NCBI RefSeq assembly: GCF_964355755.1
Contig: NC_092672.1
Span: 4,836,001-4,900,000 of the forward strand
Origin: Antedon mediterranea
Taxonomy: Eukaryota > Animalia > Echinodermata
Reading direction: 5' to 3'
Length of the DNA stretch: 64,000 nucleotides
Shown here: positions 21,092 through 34,159 of the stretch, in pieces
Position numbering within the stretch: position 1 is the first letter of the stretch
Layout of the letters: each line of letters opens with the position of its first letter
Position numbers and translations under genes: made by a program
The notes under the pieces: model-generated
The model's database searches: none
Told to the model about the DNA's origin: nothing
The model's input: only the letters and a program-made list of their open reading frames with translations

Positions 21092-23913
21092 CTAGTTTGT
21101 TGTTTTAGATGTGGTACAGTACGTTTTGTTCAAAAGACGGCGTAGAGCACATGAAAATGTTCGCAGACGACAAAAATATATGAAAGGATTCACCGCAGAG
21201 TTCATATTAATAAGAACTTCTGCAATCAGATAATACCAATATACGTCTGACCTTTGGTACCCGAATGCAAAATATACGATCGGTCTCAGAGCATGAGGCA
21301 AATATGTAATACCGAAAGCACCGACGATCAAAGCACTTGTTTTAGCCGCTTTCAATCTTTTATGGACAGCCTTACGTGCAGATATCGAAGTAAGTGCTTT
21401 GTTCCTCTCGTGTTTCCTTGCCTTTAAAACAATTCTGAAATACATTACAATCAGCAAGATTGTACCAATCGACACCATAACTAAACTTATAAAACTTTGA
21501 GCCATACGGGCGCGTTGATCCAACTCATAGCAGAAGAAACGCGTCCTCGATTTTGTTCATTTCCCCAAAGAGTAGTATCATGCCGTACAAACAACCTAGA
21601 ATCCATGCCAAAACAACAGAAGAGTAGATTCTACGGAGAGTTATAAGTCGATGATATTGTAGGGTTCACTATAGAAACGTAGCGATCCACGGTGATTAAC
21701 AGAAGGTGCCAAAAGGACATAAACATGGGTACTGCGATCATTCCTCACACTCGATTCACCAGGGACAAAAAGTAGTGAGCCCTCTATCGGCAGCCAATCG
21801 TTTTTGCACACGAGACAGCGTGGACAATTACCACCCGGAAGCAACTTTGTTTTGAAAAGTAATTCTTAGTTTTTTGCAAACTGGCCAATTGGAACTTTTG
21901 GTTTTATTTACTAATGAATAATTCATGAAAACCTTCGACAAGGCATCTACGAAGCACGTGATATTGTTTTTTAATCGACGAACCCATTATATTTGTGCGA
22001 AACAAGGGTGAATTACACCGATGTTTTTTAAACAATTTTAGGCTATTCGAATGTTAAAATTTCGTCTAATTTAGCCTATAATAGTGGGGTAGTGCGTGCA
22101 TTATTGGCGCGTGTTCATTGTCGGGCGCGCGTTGTTTATAGGCCTAAGAAAATAAGTAAAATATACAAATATAATTAAATAATGATTATTATTAATTGAA
22201 TGTTGTTTTTTTTTACAGACCACAGAGGATTGTTCTACATACTTCAATACAAATAGCATTAAATCAACAACAATTTCTTATGAGTCATATTAATTTACCT
22301 CTGGCATATAATGTGAAAAAGCACTATTAATACTGTAATAATGGATATCTATAGATATGTATTGCCAAAAAGACATTTTATTTTTTAAAAACTTTAACTT
22401 ATCCTAATTTACTTATTTAAAGGTTCAAGTGGCGGTTGGTTGTTGTGCAGTAGTTTAATAAAGTTTAAATGTACATTTCAAATCGGCAAATAAATAATGG
22501 TAATAGGCCTACTACAGTAAAGAAAATCTTTTGAAGATTAGGCTTAGTACAAAAGATGTTAGCTAAGTTGATGTAGAAAACTTGTTGTCTGATTTTTAAG
22601 GTGAAATTTGTGATAATATTAAAAGTTAAAATGTTAATTGGTGTGTATTTGTATTTAATTTATTGCTCCATTATTATAATAAAAAGCAGGGAACCATGGA
22701 ATTTCATTTTATTTAGCTCCGATAAAAAGTAAACATTTTCAGCATATACTGTACTTAAATCAATCATATGTTAGTGACAGGTGACATTAACAGATTTATT
22801 ATGAGATTACTAGTAAGCCTACTAGTAGGTTTAGCTCTATTCATAAAAATAATGACATTATATACTGTACATTAATTAATTAGCCTAGCTAGGCCTAACT
22901 AATTTACTGATTTTTCAGTATTTTACCAAGTCAACCGTTCAGGCATGCAGACAGTCCTCACTTCACACTAATCTTCATAATTTTAAGAAAAATGAAAGTT
23001 CAGCACTTTATTTTAAAATTTATAAGCCCATATTATAAGATTCTGCATCATCCACTGAACAAGAACTAAAATCGAGAGCCCAATGATAGAGCGCATCTTC
23101 CGACGTTCTCGTCGCCTAAGGAAACGAGTATTCCAGCCCTGCCGCGTCTTCCTAGGCCTACGCGCACCGCACTTTCGCTCAAAATACACTTCAACTCCTT
23201 ATAGAATTTGTTTGAAAAATAACCCCAAGCTTATATTTGGAAATCTTTGAAAATGAATATAATACTATAGTATTATAGCGTTTTCAGAATTTCATTTAAA
23301 AATTGCAAATTAATGTTTTATTTTAACAGATTAGTTAGTTTTCACTTTTTTGTTTTCGCCGTATGACTCGCTTTGTTTACGTTTACACTTGGCTTAGACG
23401 TTTATCTTAGTTAGAATTCGAATCAATTAATCCATAATCAACTAAAATTACTATTGTTGTGGTTTTTGTTTAATATAAATGTTCTTAATAAACAGAAATA
23501 AATCAAACAACAATATAATTTAATATAAATCCGTTAAAAGGGAAATTTAGACAGCCTATAAAACACGGAAGTCAGAACTCGCGTCGCTCGAAATGCTCGG
23601 GAACTTTCTATTTATAGCCAATCGAAAAAGGCTCCGGCTAACTTAAACAATGAAAACGGCTCTCGGAACACTTAATGTCCCATTTTCGCTGTTTGACGTG
23701 GATGTGTCCTGTGAGTAGGTCCACAAACGCTAAGCTTCCTATTAAAATAAACTGTGGTTGGTAAAAACTTCGAGTTTGTCGAATTACAAAAAGAACAAGT
23801 GCGTTCCCTGCAATAATAAATAACGCCAATGATATATACACTGATAGAGAAACAATTAAATTATCTCTTATTTCGTCAGTTGTGACATTTCTGCTCATAT
23901 ACATTTCATCCAT
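21092..23913 (-). pseudogene. GPCR type A paralog disrupted by a DNA transposon
   Basis: Near-identical to 500-1441 but with a 1961-bp insertion in TM2, an 84-bp deletion (equivalent to 1127-1210), a 2-bp deletion (~21661) and a 1-bp insertion (~21542). Confidence 0.93.
21746..23706. mobile_element. non-autonomous DNA transposon, CACA...TGTG ends, 4-bp TSD (Chapaev/CMC-like; RSS-like termini)
   Basis: Empty site GATCATTCCTGTGAG at ~1229-1243; filled site TCCT (21742-21745) CACACTC...GGATGTG TCCT (23707-23710). No transposase ORF seen. Confidence 0.85.
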
Positions 23914-24750
23914 TGTGTACAGAATACAGTAATAATATTAATAAAAATTATATTGAATCAACTTGTTATATAACGTTGAACCAACCTTTTCCTGTAACAA
24001 ACATCCAATCAACAATATACCACAGATTTCTGATTCCATGTATCAAACAATTGAAATCCTTATAAAAACAAACCGTAATATCAGAAATAAAATGTGTAAT
24101 TTTCCTTAGAATCTATTATTCATAAAACCACAACCTCTTCTAACTAACAACCAATCTGTATGGACCTACAATGCGTGCACGTAATGCTAATGATTCCATG
24201 AATTTATTATTAGAAATAACTCAACATTTCTATCTCAACCGTATGACCAAAACTCGCGTCGTTTGAGATAGTACACCTTTTAATTCTTCTTTAGCCATTT
24301 GGCTATCTTAGGACGACATCCTTTTGAAAAAATACCGAATTGTGTAATTCTCTTCTTTTTATATCTATATTAATGCTACTAAATTGGTCGCGTAATGTCA
24401 CGTATTTCCACCGAAACTGCTGAATGGTACGTGCTCACATTTGGCACACTAATGTTTCCTGATGGGCCGCACACAATATGCTATCTCACTTTCCTGAATT
24501 TTATGGATAAATACTTTAAAAAAGGCAAAAAAAAAACCAGTAATCTGACGTCCCAGCGGTTATGTTTTACGAGTTGTTACGTCACGTATCAACTACGCAA
24601 TCTTCTATGTTGTGTACCGCAATGGCCGGATCTAAATACCATGTCGGGCCACCAAATTAAAATAATGTTTAGTCTCGGCAGCCGGCCAACCGTATCGACT
24701 GATTGAATCGGTGGAGTTTTAATTAATTACATCTGGAACATAATGTATTT

Positions 24751-25070
24751 ATGTTAAGAAATGAATACATTAAGAAATGAATATGTTAAGAAATGAATAC
24801 ATTAAGAACTGAATATGTGAAGAAATGAATATGTTAAGAAATTAATACATTAAGAAATGAATATGTTAAGAAATGAATATATTAAGAAATGAATATGTTA
24901 AGAAATAAATATGTTAAGAAATGAATACATTAAGAAATTAATATGTAAAGAAATGAATATGTTATGGAATGAAAACATTAAGAATTGAATATGTTAAGAA
25001 ATAAATATGTTAAATAATAAATATGTCATGAAATGAATATGTTACTAAATGATTATGTTATAAAATGTCA
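24751..25070. repeat. AT-rich minisatellite (expanded duplicate of 2283-2470)
   Basis: Tandem TAAGAAATGAATATGT-like units. Confidence 0.8.
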
Positions 25071-26808
25071 TTAAGAAAAGAACATTATATTTTAGTAAAA
25101 AAAGAAAAAATAATAATGTCGTAATTTCACGGTTATCTCAGTGAGTAAAACGTGGCCATTGATATCAATGCTAAGCACAGTCGAGTTCGAATCCGCAAAA
25201 CTGTTACTTATTTAAAAAGTGTGAGGTCGTTTTTTTTATAGGGTTTCCGCAGCCAGAAATTCTCCAGCCCATTTGATACAATTTCTGATAAAAAAAAATG
25301 TAATCGCAGTCGCTTTTAAAAATACCACCTATTTTCAATACTTGTGATCACATGATATGATGGCATTTTTGGGAAAAAGCTTGGATCCCCTTGATTTAGG
25401 ATATTTCGACCTCCCGTTGATTACGAAATTCGGCCATCTAAGCCTTTAATTTGCATAATTAAAAATGGCGGCCACTTTTTAATAACTACTCTATATCTTG
25501 AAAACCACTAGTCACAGATAATTATTCAGTGGATATACTGTACCACACAGTTCATGCATCAACAACAATCAACAATTCATTTTATTTCCTTAAAAAACTA
25601 TTAAATAATAATACTGTAAACAATATAAAAACAACAATTTTCAAATTTCCTTATACTCTTTAATTATTCATACAAAGCACAGCATAATATTCAGTTAGTT
25701 TCAGTATAATGTTATCTTATAAAAACACGAAATTTATTGAGGTTTTTCTAAAACATATATTATAATATATTGAAAAACAAAAAAACAAAAACAATGAATT
25801 CAGATATTTTTATTTTATCAATTTTAAAGCATTAACGATGTGGAAAAATCACTGTATGTTGTCAACTACATTGTGATAAGCTGGAAATTCTCGTTACTTT
25901 ATCTAATTAATCTAAAAGTATGTGTTTAAACTCTAAACAGTTCCTTGCTAACAAGTTTAATGTGTGATGCTTACATATTTTAAACATGGTGCTCAGACAT
26001 CTGGTGTTTAGATATTTCCAATTTAGTGTATAGATCTATCTATTGTAAACTGTACCTTTTTTTTTCTATTGATAAGTCCGAAATAATGACAAATAAATAA
26101 ATGAAAATAAATGTTAGGATCTTTTTAATTGCTGCGTATTGTTTTCAAACGATCGGAAGTATAAACAAAAACTGCTACGGAATATGTTAATTTGGTCCCA
26201 TCTTCGCAACAACCCAGACAAGATATTAAACAAAAATAATGAAACACAGTTGAATACTATACATAGGCTAACTTAAGATTACAAAATATAAACATTTTGG
26301 GAACAATTGTGTTTTAAGGTTTAACAATATTTAACTGTGTCCAATCAACATCTAGCACATATTGAACTGAATGGGGAATTAATTCCAATTTGAACAACAC
26401 TGCTACAGTATGCCTCATAAGGAGGTAAATAAACAAAACTTAAAGTTGCGTTTAAATCCAATATTCCTATTTGTCAGTGTCAATTTACTTTAAATATTTC
26501 TTGCATTTATTGGAAAAAAACTTTTTAATGTATGGATGTTCAATTTTCAAAATGACTACATGCAAATGACGTAACGGTCCTGTTTTCCAAACAATCGTGT
26601 ACAAAAAATCAATATGAACTATGACAAATTACCTGAGCTAACTACAAGCGTTATTACAGAACAGTAAGCAAGTTTATCTTAAAGATGAAAATATACAGTA
26701 GTAGATAAAGCACAACAAAATCTTGACAACAAATCCGTGACACTTTGCAGTGACATACTGTTACGAGTGTGCCTGAAATGACGTCGGTAGGCATATTAGA
26801 GACAAACC

Positions 26809-27717
26809 TCAAGCTCTAATAGAACAGTTGTTTAAAAGACGACGCAGAGCATATGAAAATTGCTGTAGACGGCAAACATATATGAACGGATTTACTGCAG
26901 AGTTCAAGTAAACAAAAACGTCTTCAATCAAATCATACCAATACAAGTATGACGGTTGGTATATCAAATATAGGACCGGTTTCAGAGCATAAGGCAAAAA
27001 CGCAATAGCGAATGCAACGATGATCAGGGCACTTGTTTTAGCTGCTTTGTATCTTTTACGAATAAGATTACGTGTGCTTACCGTACCGACTTTCTTTTTC
27101 TCATATTTCCTTGCTACTACAACAATTCTGGAATACATTACGATAAATAAGATTGTACCAATCGACACAAGACATAAAGCAATGTACCTTTGAGCTGTAT
27201 GAGCACGTTGATCCACCTGGTAGCAAAAGAAAATTCCTTCAATCTTTTTTAGTTTTCCGAAATATGCTACCATGCCATAAAAACAACTTATAATCCATGA
27301 AATAGCAATGGCAGAGTAGATTTTACGGAGTTGCATAAATTGACGATGCTGTAGCGGGCTCACAATAGAAATGTAGCGATCTACGGTGATTAACAGAAGG
27401 TGGAAAAAAGAGACTGGGACAAAAATCACTGAAGGAATGTACTGCAAGTGGCAGTAATTCCGTACGAAGAGAGACTTCTGTAAGATAGCAGTCCACATAT
27501 GCATAGGTACGGCGATAATTCCTGTGAGTAGGTCCACAAACGCTAAGCTTCTTAGTAAAACATATTGAGGTTTGTCATAACTTTTAGTTTGTCGAATCAA
27601 AAAAAGAACAAGTGCGTTCCCAGCAATAATAAATAACGCCAATGGTGTATACACGGATAGAACAAAGATTAAATTATCTCTCATTTCGTCTGTGGTTGCA
27701 TTGTTGCTTCCAGTCAT
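26809..27717 (-). CDS. intronless class A GPCR, OR-like (type B, mosaic B/B'), 302 aa
   Basis: Complete 7TM ORF; N-half resembles the 4418 gene, TM4-TM5 resembles the 6315 gene. Confidence 0.93.
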   Translation of the reverse strand: MTGSNNATTDEMRDNLIFVLSVYTPLALFIIAGNALVLFLIRQTKSYDKPQYVLLRSLAFVDLLTGIIAVPMHMWTAILQKSLFVRNYCHLQYIPSVIFVPVSFFHLLLITVDRYISIVSPLQHRQFMQLRKIYSAIAISWIISCFYGMVAYFGKLKKIEGIFFCYQVDQRAHTAQRYIALCLVSIGTILFIVMYSRIVVVARKYEKKKVGTVSTRNLIRKRYKAAKTSALIIVAFAIAFLPYALKPVLYLIYQPSYLYWYDLIEDVFVYLNSAVNPFIYVCRLQQFSYALRRLLNNCSIRA

Positions 27718-28348
27718 TGTGTTCAGAATACACAGTGAGATTATTATAAATAAAAATGTATTGAATCAACTTGTTACATAACAAAACCAACCTTTTCATT
27801 TAACATCTAACGAGTAAATAATGTCACGCAATTCCTGATACACTTTATCAAACAAATTTCCTGAAACAAATGTACATGTAGTAATATAAAAAAATAAATA
27901 GTAACTTAATAAACTCCAACCAATCAGTATAGGCCTAAACAAAAACTGCTACAGAATATGGTAATTTGATCCTATCTTCGCAACAAACCCAGACAAGATA
28001 TAAAACAAATAATGAAACACAGTTGATTACTGTACATACGCTTACTTAAAATTACAAAATATAAACATTTTTGGCAACAACAGTGTTTTAAGGTTTTATT
28101 CAGGACATTTAACTGTAGGCCTATCAACATCTGCGCATATTGAACTGAATGAGGAAATAATTACAGTTTGAACCACACTTCTTGCTTCATAAGGTAAATA
28201 AACATGATAATTAAAAAGTTGCATTTAAATCCAATCTTCCTATTAGTCAGTGTCAACTTACTTTAAATATTTAAATTTTTTTTAACGATTTAGTTTATGG
28301 ATGCTAAATGTTCAGAATAAAAAAAAAATGACGTAATGGTCTCAACTC

Positions 28349-28478
28349 AGCTCTGTCTACACTATTAAATTTTATGTGACAAAAAATTGTGATGCACCTA
28401 TACTATATGGATACGATGATGTCATACCACTACCATATTTGGGCACATCAAAATTGTTTGATAGTATAGACAGAGCTT
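28349..28478. mobile_element. MITE (duplicate of 5915-6043)
   Basis: AGCTCTGTCTACACTAT...ATAGTATAGACAGAGCTT. Confidence 0.7.
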
Positions 28479-28749
28479 TATGCTTGTTTACCAAACAATC
28501 GCATTTAAAAATCATTAACAACACTGACCTAGTAATGTACTATAACAAATTACCTAAGCTAAATACAAACGTTAATACAGAACAGCAAGCAAGTTTATCT
28601 TAAAGATGAAAATATTGTAGGCCTAGATAAAGCAAAACAAAATCTTGATAACAAATCCTTGTACACTTTACAGCGCGCGACATACTGGTACGATTGTGTC
28701 TGAAATGACGTCGGTAGGCATATTAGAGACAAACCTCGGTCGTTAATTT

Positions 28750-29660
28750 TCAAGCTCTAGTAGAACAGTTGTTTAAAAGACGACGCAGAGCACATGAAAA
28801 TTGTTGTAGACGGCAAACATATATAAACGGATTCACCGCAGAGTTCATATAAACAAGAACGTCTGCAATCAGATCATACCAATACAATAAGTCTGACGGT
28901 TGATATATGAAATATAGGACCGGTTTCAGAGCATAAGGCAAAAACGCAATAGCGAATGCAACGATGATCAGGGCACTTGTTTTAGCTGCTTTGTATCGTT
29001 TACGAATAAGATTACGTGTGCTTACCGTACCGACTTTCTTTTTCTTACATTTCCTTGCTACTAAAACAATTCTGGAATACATTACGATCAATAAGATTGT
29101 ACCAGTCGACACCATGCATAAAGGAATGTACCTTTGAACTGCAAGAGCACGTTGATCCATCTGGTAGCAAATGGAAATGTCTTCATTCTTTTTTAGTTTT
29201 CCGAAACATGTTACCATGCCGTAAAAACAACACATAATCCATGAAATAGCAATAGCAGAGTAGATTTTACAGAGTTTCATAAATTGACGATGCTGTAGCT
29301 GGCTCACAATAGAAACGTAGCGATCTACGGTGATTAGCAGAAGGTGCCAAAAGGAAACTGAGATAAAAATCTTTGAAGGAATGTACTGCAAGTGGCAGCT
29401 ATTCCGTACGAAGAGAGACCTATGTAAGATAGAAGTCCACATATGCATAGGTACGGCGATAATTCCTGTGAGTAGGTCCACAAACGCTAAGCTTCCAAGT
29501 AAAACATATTGAGGTTTGTCATAACTTTTAGTTTGTCGAATCAAAAAAAGAACAAGTGCGTTCCCAGCAATAATAAATAACGCCAATGGTATATATACTG
29601 ATAGAACAAAATTAAATTATCTCTCATTTCGTCTGTGGTTACATTGCTGCTTCCAGCCAT
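28750..29660 (-). pseudogene. GPCR type B' paralog with 1-bp frameshift near the N-terminus
   Basis: ATG at 29660 (MAGSS); span 911 bp versus 912 bp for 6315-7226; ATAGAACAAAATTAAATT (~29601) vs ATAGAACAAACATTAAATT. The rest is open, so a sequencing error in the A run cannot be excluded. Confidence 0.8.
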
Positions 29661-29956
29661 TTTGTTCAGAATGCACAGTCAGATTATTAGAAATAAAAAG
29701 GTATTTGAATCAACTTGTTATATAACGAAAACCAACCCTTTCCTTTAACATCTAACGAGTATATCATGCTACGTAATTACCTGATACTATTTATCAAACA
29801 AATTTCCTGAAACAAATACAGTATTATCAAAAATAAAATGTAATAACTTAATAAACCACAACCAATTTCCTCTAACTCTAACATCCATCAGAGGGGCCTA
29901 CAGTGCGTGCACATAATTCCGTGATTCCATGAATGAACTAGAAGTAACTCAAAATA

Positions 29957-30060
29957 AAACAAGGCCAACAGCCATAAGTCGCGTGCTAAGCATAGTGATA
30001 CCAGACCGACCGACCGACCGACAAAGTGAACTATAGAGTCGCGTCCACGCGACTAAAAAA
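29957..30060. mobile_element. short form of the HINE-like element
   Basis: Same ends as 7521-8308 but lacks ~680 bp between the CATAGTGATACC direct repeats. Confidence 0.6.
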
Positions 30061-30249
30061 GTAACGCAAGATAATTCCTGTGAGTAGGTCCACAAACGCT
30101 AAGCTTTCTAGTAAAATGAATTTGTCAAAACGTAGAGTTTGTCGAAAAAACAAAACAAGTGCGTTCCCATAAACAATAACTAATGTCAATGATATACTGA
30201 TTTCGTCAGTCGTAATATTTCTGCTTATAGGCCTAGGCATTTCAACCAT
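30061..30249 (-). pseudogene. truncated GPCR fragment (duplicate of 8309-8530)
   Basis: ORF-track peptide RNITTDE..GNALVL..SLAFVDLLTGII runs into the repeat. Confidence 0.8.
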
Positions 30250-31069
30250 TATGTCAAGAATATGTAATTACTGTTTTGAAAAACAAGATGATATTGAACC
30301 AATCTTTTCCTCCAACTAAAAACACCCAATCAGTTGATATACTGTACCACCCAGTTCATGCATCAACAATTCATTTCCTTATAAAACTATTTTCTAAATT
30401 TGGAAATGTCCTTAATATTTTTTTATTATTCATACAAAGTAGGCCTATTACATATTTAGTTTGTTTCATTATTACATGATATCTTGTAAAAGCAATCAAA
30501 CAACTGTCTAAACTCGAAATTAATTGAGATTTTTCTAAAACATAAAACATGTATGTATATAAGATATAATATATTGACAAAACAAAACAAATTCCCCCAA
30601 AAAACTGAATTAAGATATTTTTATTTTATAAATGTTAACGCATGTGGAAAAATTACTGTATGTTGTCAACTGCATGTGGAAAACTGGAAATTCCCATTTA
30701 TTTTTCTAAATATATGAACACTCTAGGCCCTAAACACATTTTTTGCTACCATTTTATAAACACTGCGATGTTTAGATATCCAGTGCAAAAACGTAAGCAT
30801 GTCTCTACTGAAAATAAGTCTCGCTTCTTGTTTGTTTAGCTGCCTTACGTTTTTGTTTTTTTTGCAAGGCTAGCCTATCCCGTTCGAAAACGTTAATACA
30901 GAACAGGTTTTCTTTTACCTGTGTAATCCTGTATAAAGATTTTGTTAAATAACAAGTTTATTTGTAAGTATAAAAGTAGATAAAGCAAAACAAAATGGAG
31001 ACATACAAAGCCTATGTACACCTGCCATCGATGTGTATGTCAGTTGTAATTGGAAAAGTACATTTCCCT

Positions 31070-32024
31070 TTACAGACAAGTCTCGGTTGTTGATAGTGTA
31101 GCCGTAATAGGCGATTTGTTAACAAGGCGGCGCAGAGCACGTGAAAATGGCTGTAGACGCCAAACATAAATAAACGGATTCACCGCAGAGCTCAAATTGA
31201 CTAGAAGTTCTGCAATGAGAACATACCAATACACGTCTGACTGTTGGTGTACAAGTAAATATACGACCGGTTGAAGAGCATGGGGAAAAAACGTAATACC
31301 GAATGCACAGATGACCAACGCACTTGTTTTAGCTGCTTTGGATCTCTTACGAACAATTTTACGTGTGCTGACGGGAATACAGATTATGTTTTTTTTCATG
31401 TTTTCTTGCTTCTACAACAATTCTGAAATACAATATCATCAACAGGATTGTACCAATCGCCACCAAGACTAAAGTTACGTAACGTTGAACTTCAATAGCG
31501 CGTCAACTAATCTGGTAGCAGAAGAAAATGCCCTCAATCTTGTCCACTTTCCAGAACACTTCCATGGTTCCGTAAAAAATACCCATTATCCATGACAAAG
31601 CAATAGAGAAATAGATTCTATGGAGAGTTATATGTTTATGATAGTGTAGTGGTTTTATTATAGAAACGTAGCGATCCATTGTGATTAACAAAAGGTGAAA
31701 CCAAGACACTGCAATAAAGACCTTTGTAGGAATGTACTGCAAGTGACAATTATTCTGTAGGTAGAGCGATCTGCGTGAGATACAAGCAAACATAAACATT
31801 GGTACGGCGATAATTCCTGTGAGTAGGTCCACAAACGCTAAGCTTCCCAGTAAAACAAACTGTGGTTCTTCAAAACTTCTACTAGTCTGTCGAATTACAA
31901 AAAGAACAAGTGCGTTTCCAACAATAATAACTAAATCCAATGGTATATACACTGTTAGAACAAAAATTAAGTTATCTCTCATTTCGTCAGTCGTGATATT
32001 TTTGCGTATTGGCATTTCATCCAT
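31070..32024 (-). pseudogene. GPCR type C paralog with nonsense and frameshift mutations
   Basis: CGA->TGA at 31503-31505; T8 instead of T7 at ~31389-31396 relative to 10032-10985. Confidence 0.9.
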
Positions 32025-33205
32025 TGTATCCATCCATGGGATCCAGGATATGAAATTACTTAATGGTATTGAATCAACTTGGTATAAAGTGAAACCAACC
32101 TTTTCCTCTACTCCAATTAAAACACCCAATCAGTGGATAGTGCATCAACTCCTTGAATGTATGCAACAACAATTTATTTCCGTAATATAAAATAATACTG
32201 TAAACAAGCACTGACATCTGTAAGTTTTAATTAAATTATTCATACGAAGTATTGCATTTCACCTTGTTTCAGTTATTGTCTAAATCCGGATATAGTTGAG
32301 AACACAAAACCAATTTTCCTACGCACAAAATATCTATGTTTGTGATATATAACATATTGACAAAAACAAAACAAATTTCCAAAACACTGAATTCAGATAT
32401 TTTTATTTTACCAACCATAACGCATTATATATAAGCCTAAAGAAAGTTACTGCATGTTGTCCGACTACAGTCAAGTATACCTAAAAGAGGAAGATAAATC
32501 GAGGCCCGGCCTGTCTCAGAGAAATGGAGAAGAACTCTAGTGAAAGAGTTGGAAGGAAGAGGACTTTTGACACAGCCCCTCGACCTGCAGCAGACATAGC
32601 TAAATAGAGAACATACTTTTCTTCATGTTGTAACTACATGTTGAAATGCCCTCGTGCACACTAGATTGAACTGAATGAGGAATTCATTCAAAACAAAATA
32701 CTTGACAATTAAAAGCTTGTGTTTAAATCCAATATTTCATTATATTTACCATGTCAAATTAATTTCTTTTTTGAATAAACTATTTAGTTTACATAATTAT
32801 GTGCAATTCTAATTCTAAACTCCTCATTCGCGCTTTTTTTTCTCAAAATAGTCACGTGCAATAACAAATCAATAAAAGTGAACGACTGGCCTCAGTAATA
32901 TGAACTGATCATACGACAAATTATTGAGCTGCAAATTAAGTACAGATCAGTAAACAAGTTTATGATTAAAATGGTAGAAAAACAAACAATTTTTTTTACA
33001 ATAAATACGCGTACACTAATAATAAAAATTGAAAGTTAAACAATAATGTCAGTTGTATTGCATTATTACATTAATATTAAGTGCAATGCATTGTAAATGA
33101 ACATTTTTACTGGTGAAGAAATAAAAGTGGTTTTAAACAAGACAAAACAAAAATAAATACGCATACACTTTGCAGCGACATGCAGATTGTGTCTAAAAAG
33201 AAGTC

Positions 33206-34159
33206 TTAGAGACAGACTTCGGTTGTTGATTTTGAAGCTTTAGTAGTAAACTTGTTTAGAAGACGACGCAGAGCACATGAAAATTGCTGTAGACGACAAA
33301 CATATATAAACGGATTCACCGCCGAGCTCATATAAACAAGAACGTCTGCAATCAAATCATACCAATACAAATCTGACGGTTGATATACCAAATATAGGAC
33401 TGGTTTCATAGCATAAGGCAAAAACGTAATACCGAATGCTCCGATGACCAGGGCACTTGTTTTAGCTGCTTTGAATCTTTTACGAACAATCCTACGTGTG
33501 CTGACTGGAATACTGACAATTCTTTTTTCATGTTTTCTTGCTTCTAAAAAGATTCTGAAATATAATATGATCAATAAAATTGTATCAGTCAAAATCATCC
33601 ATAAAGTAATGTAACGTTGAACATCAATAGCACGTTGGTCCATCTGGTAACAGAAGAAAATTCCCTCAATCTTTTCCATTGCCCAGAACAACTCCACGGT
33701 GCCATAAACACAACCTATAACCCATGACAAAGCAATAGAGAAGTATATTCTATTAAGATTTACAAGTTTATGATACTGTAGCGGTTTCATTATAGAAACG
33801 TAGCGATCTACGGTGATGCACAGAAGATGGCACACAGATACTGAAATACAGATATTTGAAGGAATGTACTGTATCTGACATAAGTCAATGTTTTGTAGGT
33901 AGAGAGATCTCTGTAAGATACAAGCCCACATAAACATTGGTACGGCGATAATTCCTGTGAGTAGGTCCACAAACGCTAAGCTTCCTAGTAAAACAAACTG
34001 TGGTTCGTCATAACTTCGAGTTTGTTGAATCAAAAAAAGAACAAGCGCGTTTCCAGAAATAATAACAAAATCCAATGGTATATACACTGTTAGAACAAAA
34101 ATTAAATTATCTCTCATTTCTTCTGTCGTGATATTTCTGAGTGTAAAAAGTTCGTCCAT
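33206..34159 (-). CDS. intronless class A GPCR (type D duplicate), 317 aa
   Basis: Differs from 12169-13122 by one visible residue (IRQT vs IQQT). Confidence 0.93.
   Translation of the reverse strand: MDELFTLRNITTEEMRDNLIFVLTVYIPLDFVIISGNALVLFLIQQTRSYDEPQFVLLGSLAFVDLLTGIIAVPMFMWACILQRSLYLQNIDLCQIQYIPSNICISVSVCHLLCITVDRYVSIMKPLQYHKLVNLNRIYFSIALSWVIGCVYGTVELFWAMEKIEGIFFCYQMDQRAIDVQRYITLWMILTDTILLIILYFRIFLEARKHEKRIVSIPVSTRRIVRKRFKAAKTSALVIGAFGITFLPYAMKPVLYLVYQPSDLYWYDLIADVLVYMSSAVNPFIYVCRLQQFSCALRRLLNKFTTKASKSTTEVCL

Noticed and set aside
23030-23220. Short open frame (SNKFYKELKC...GSRF) on the minus strand inside the RSS-like element as a RAG2L remnant
   Set aside because: About 50 codons with no recognisable kelch or PHD motif; cannot be supported without a search.
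24395-24706. 103-aa ORF in intergenic repeat DNA
   Set aside because: Frame is broken by an A-run length difference in the duplicate at ~1929-2238; sequence looks like a non-coding repeat.
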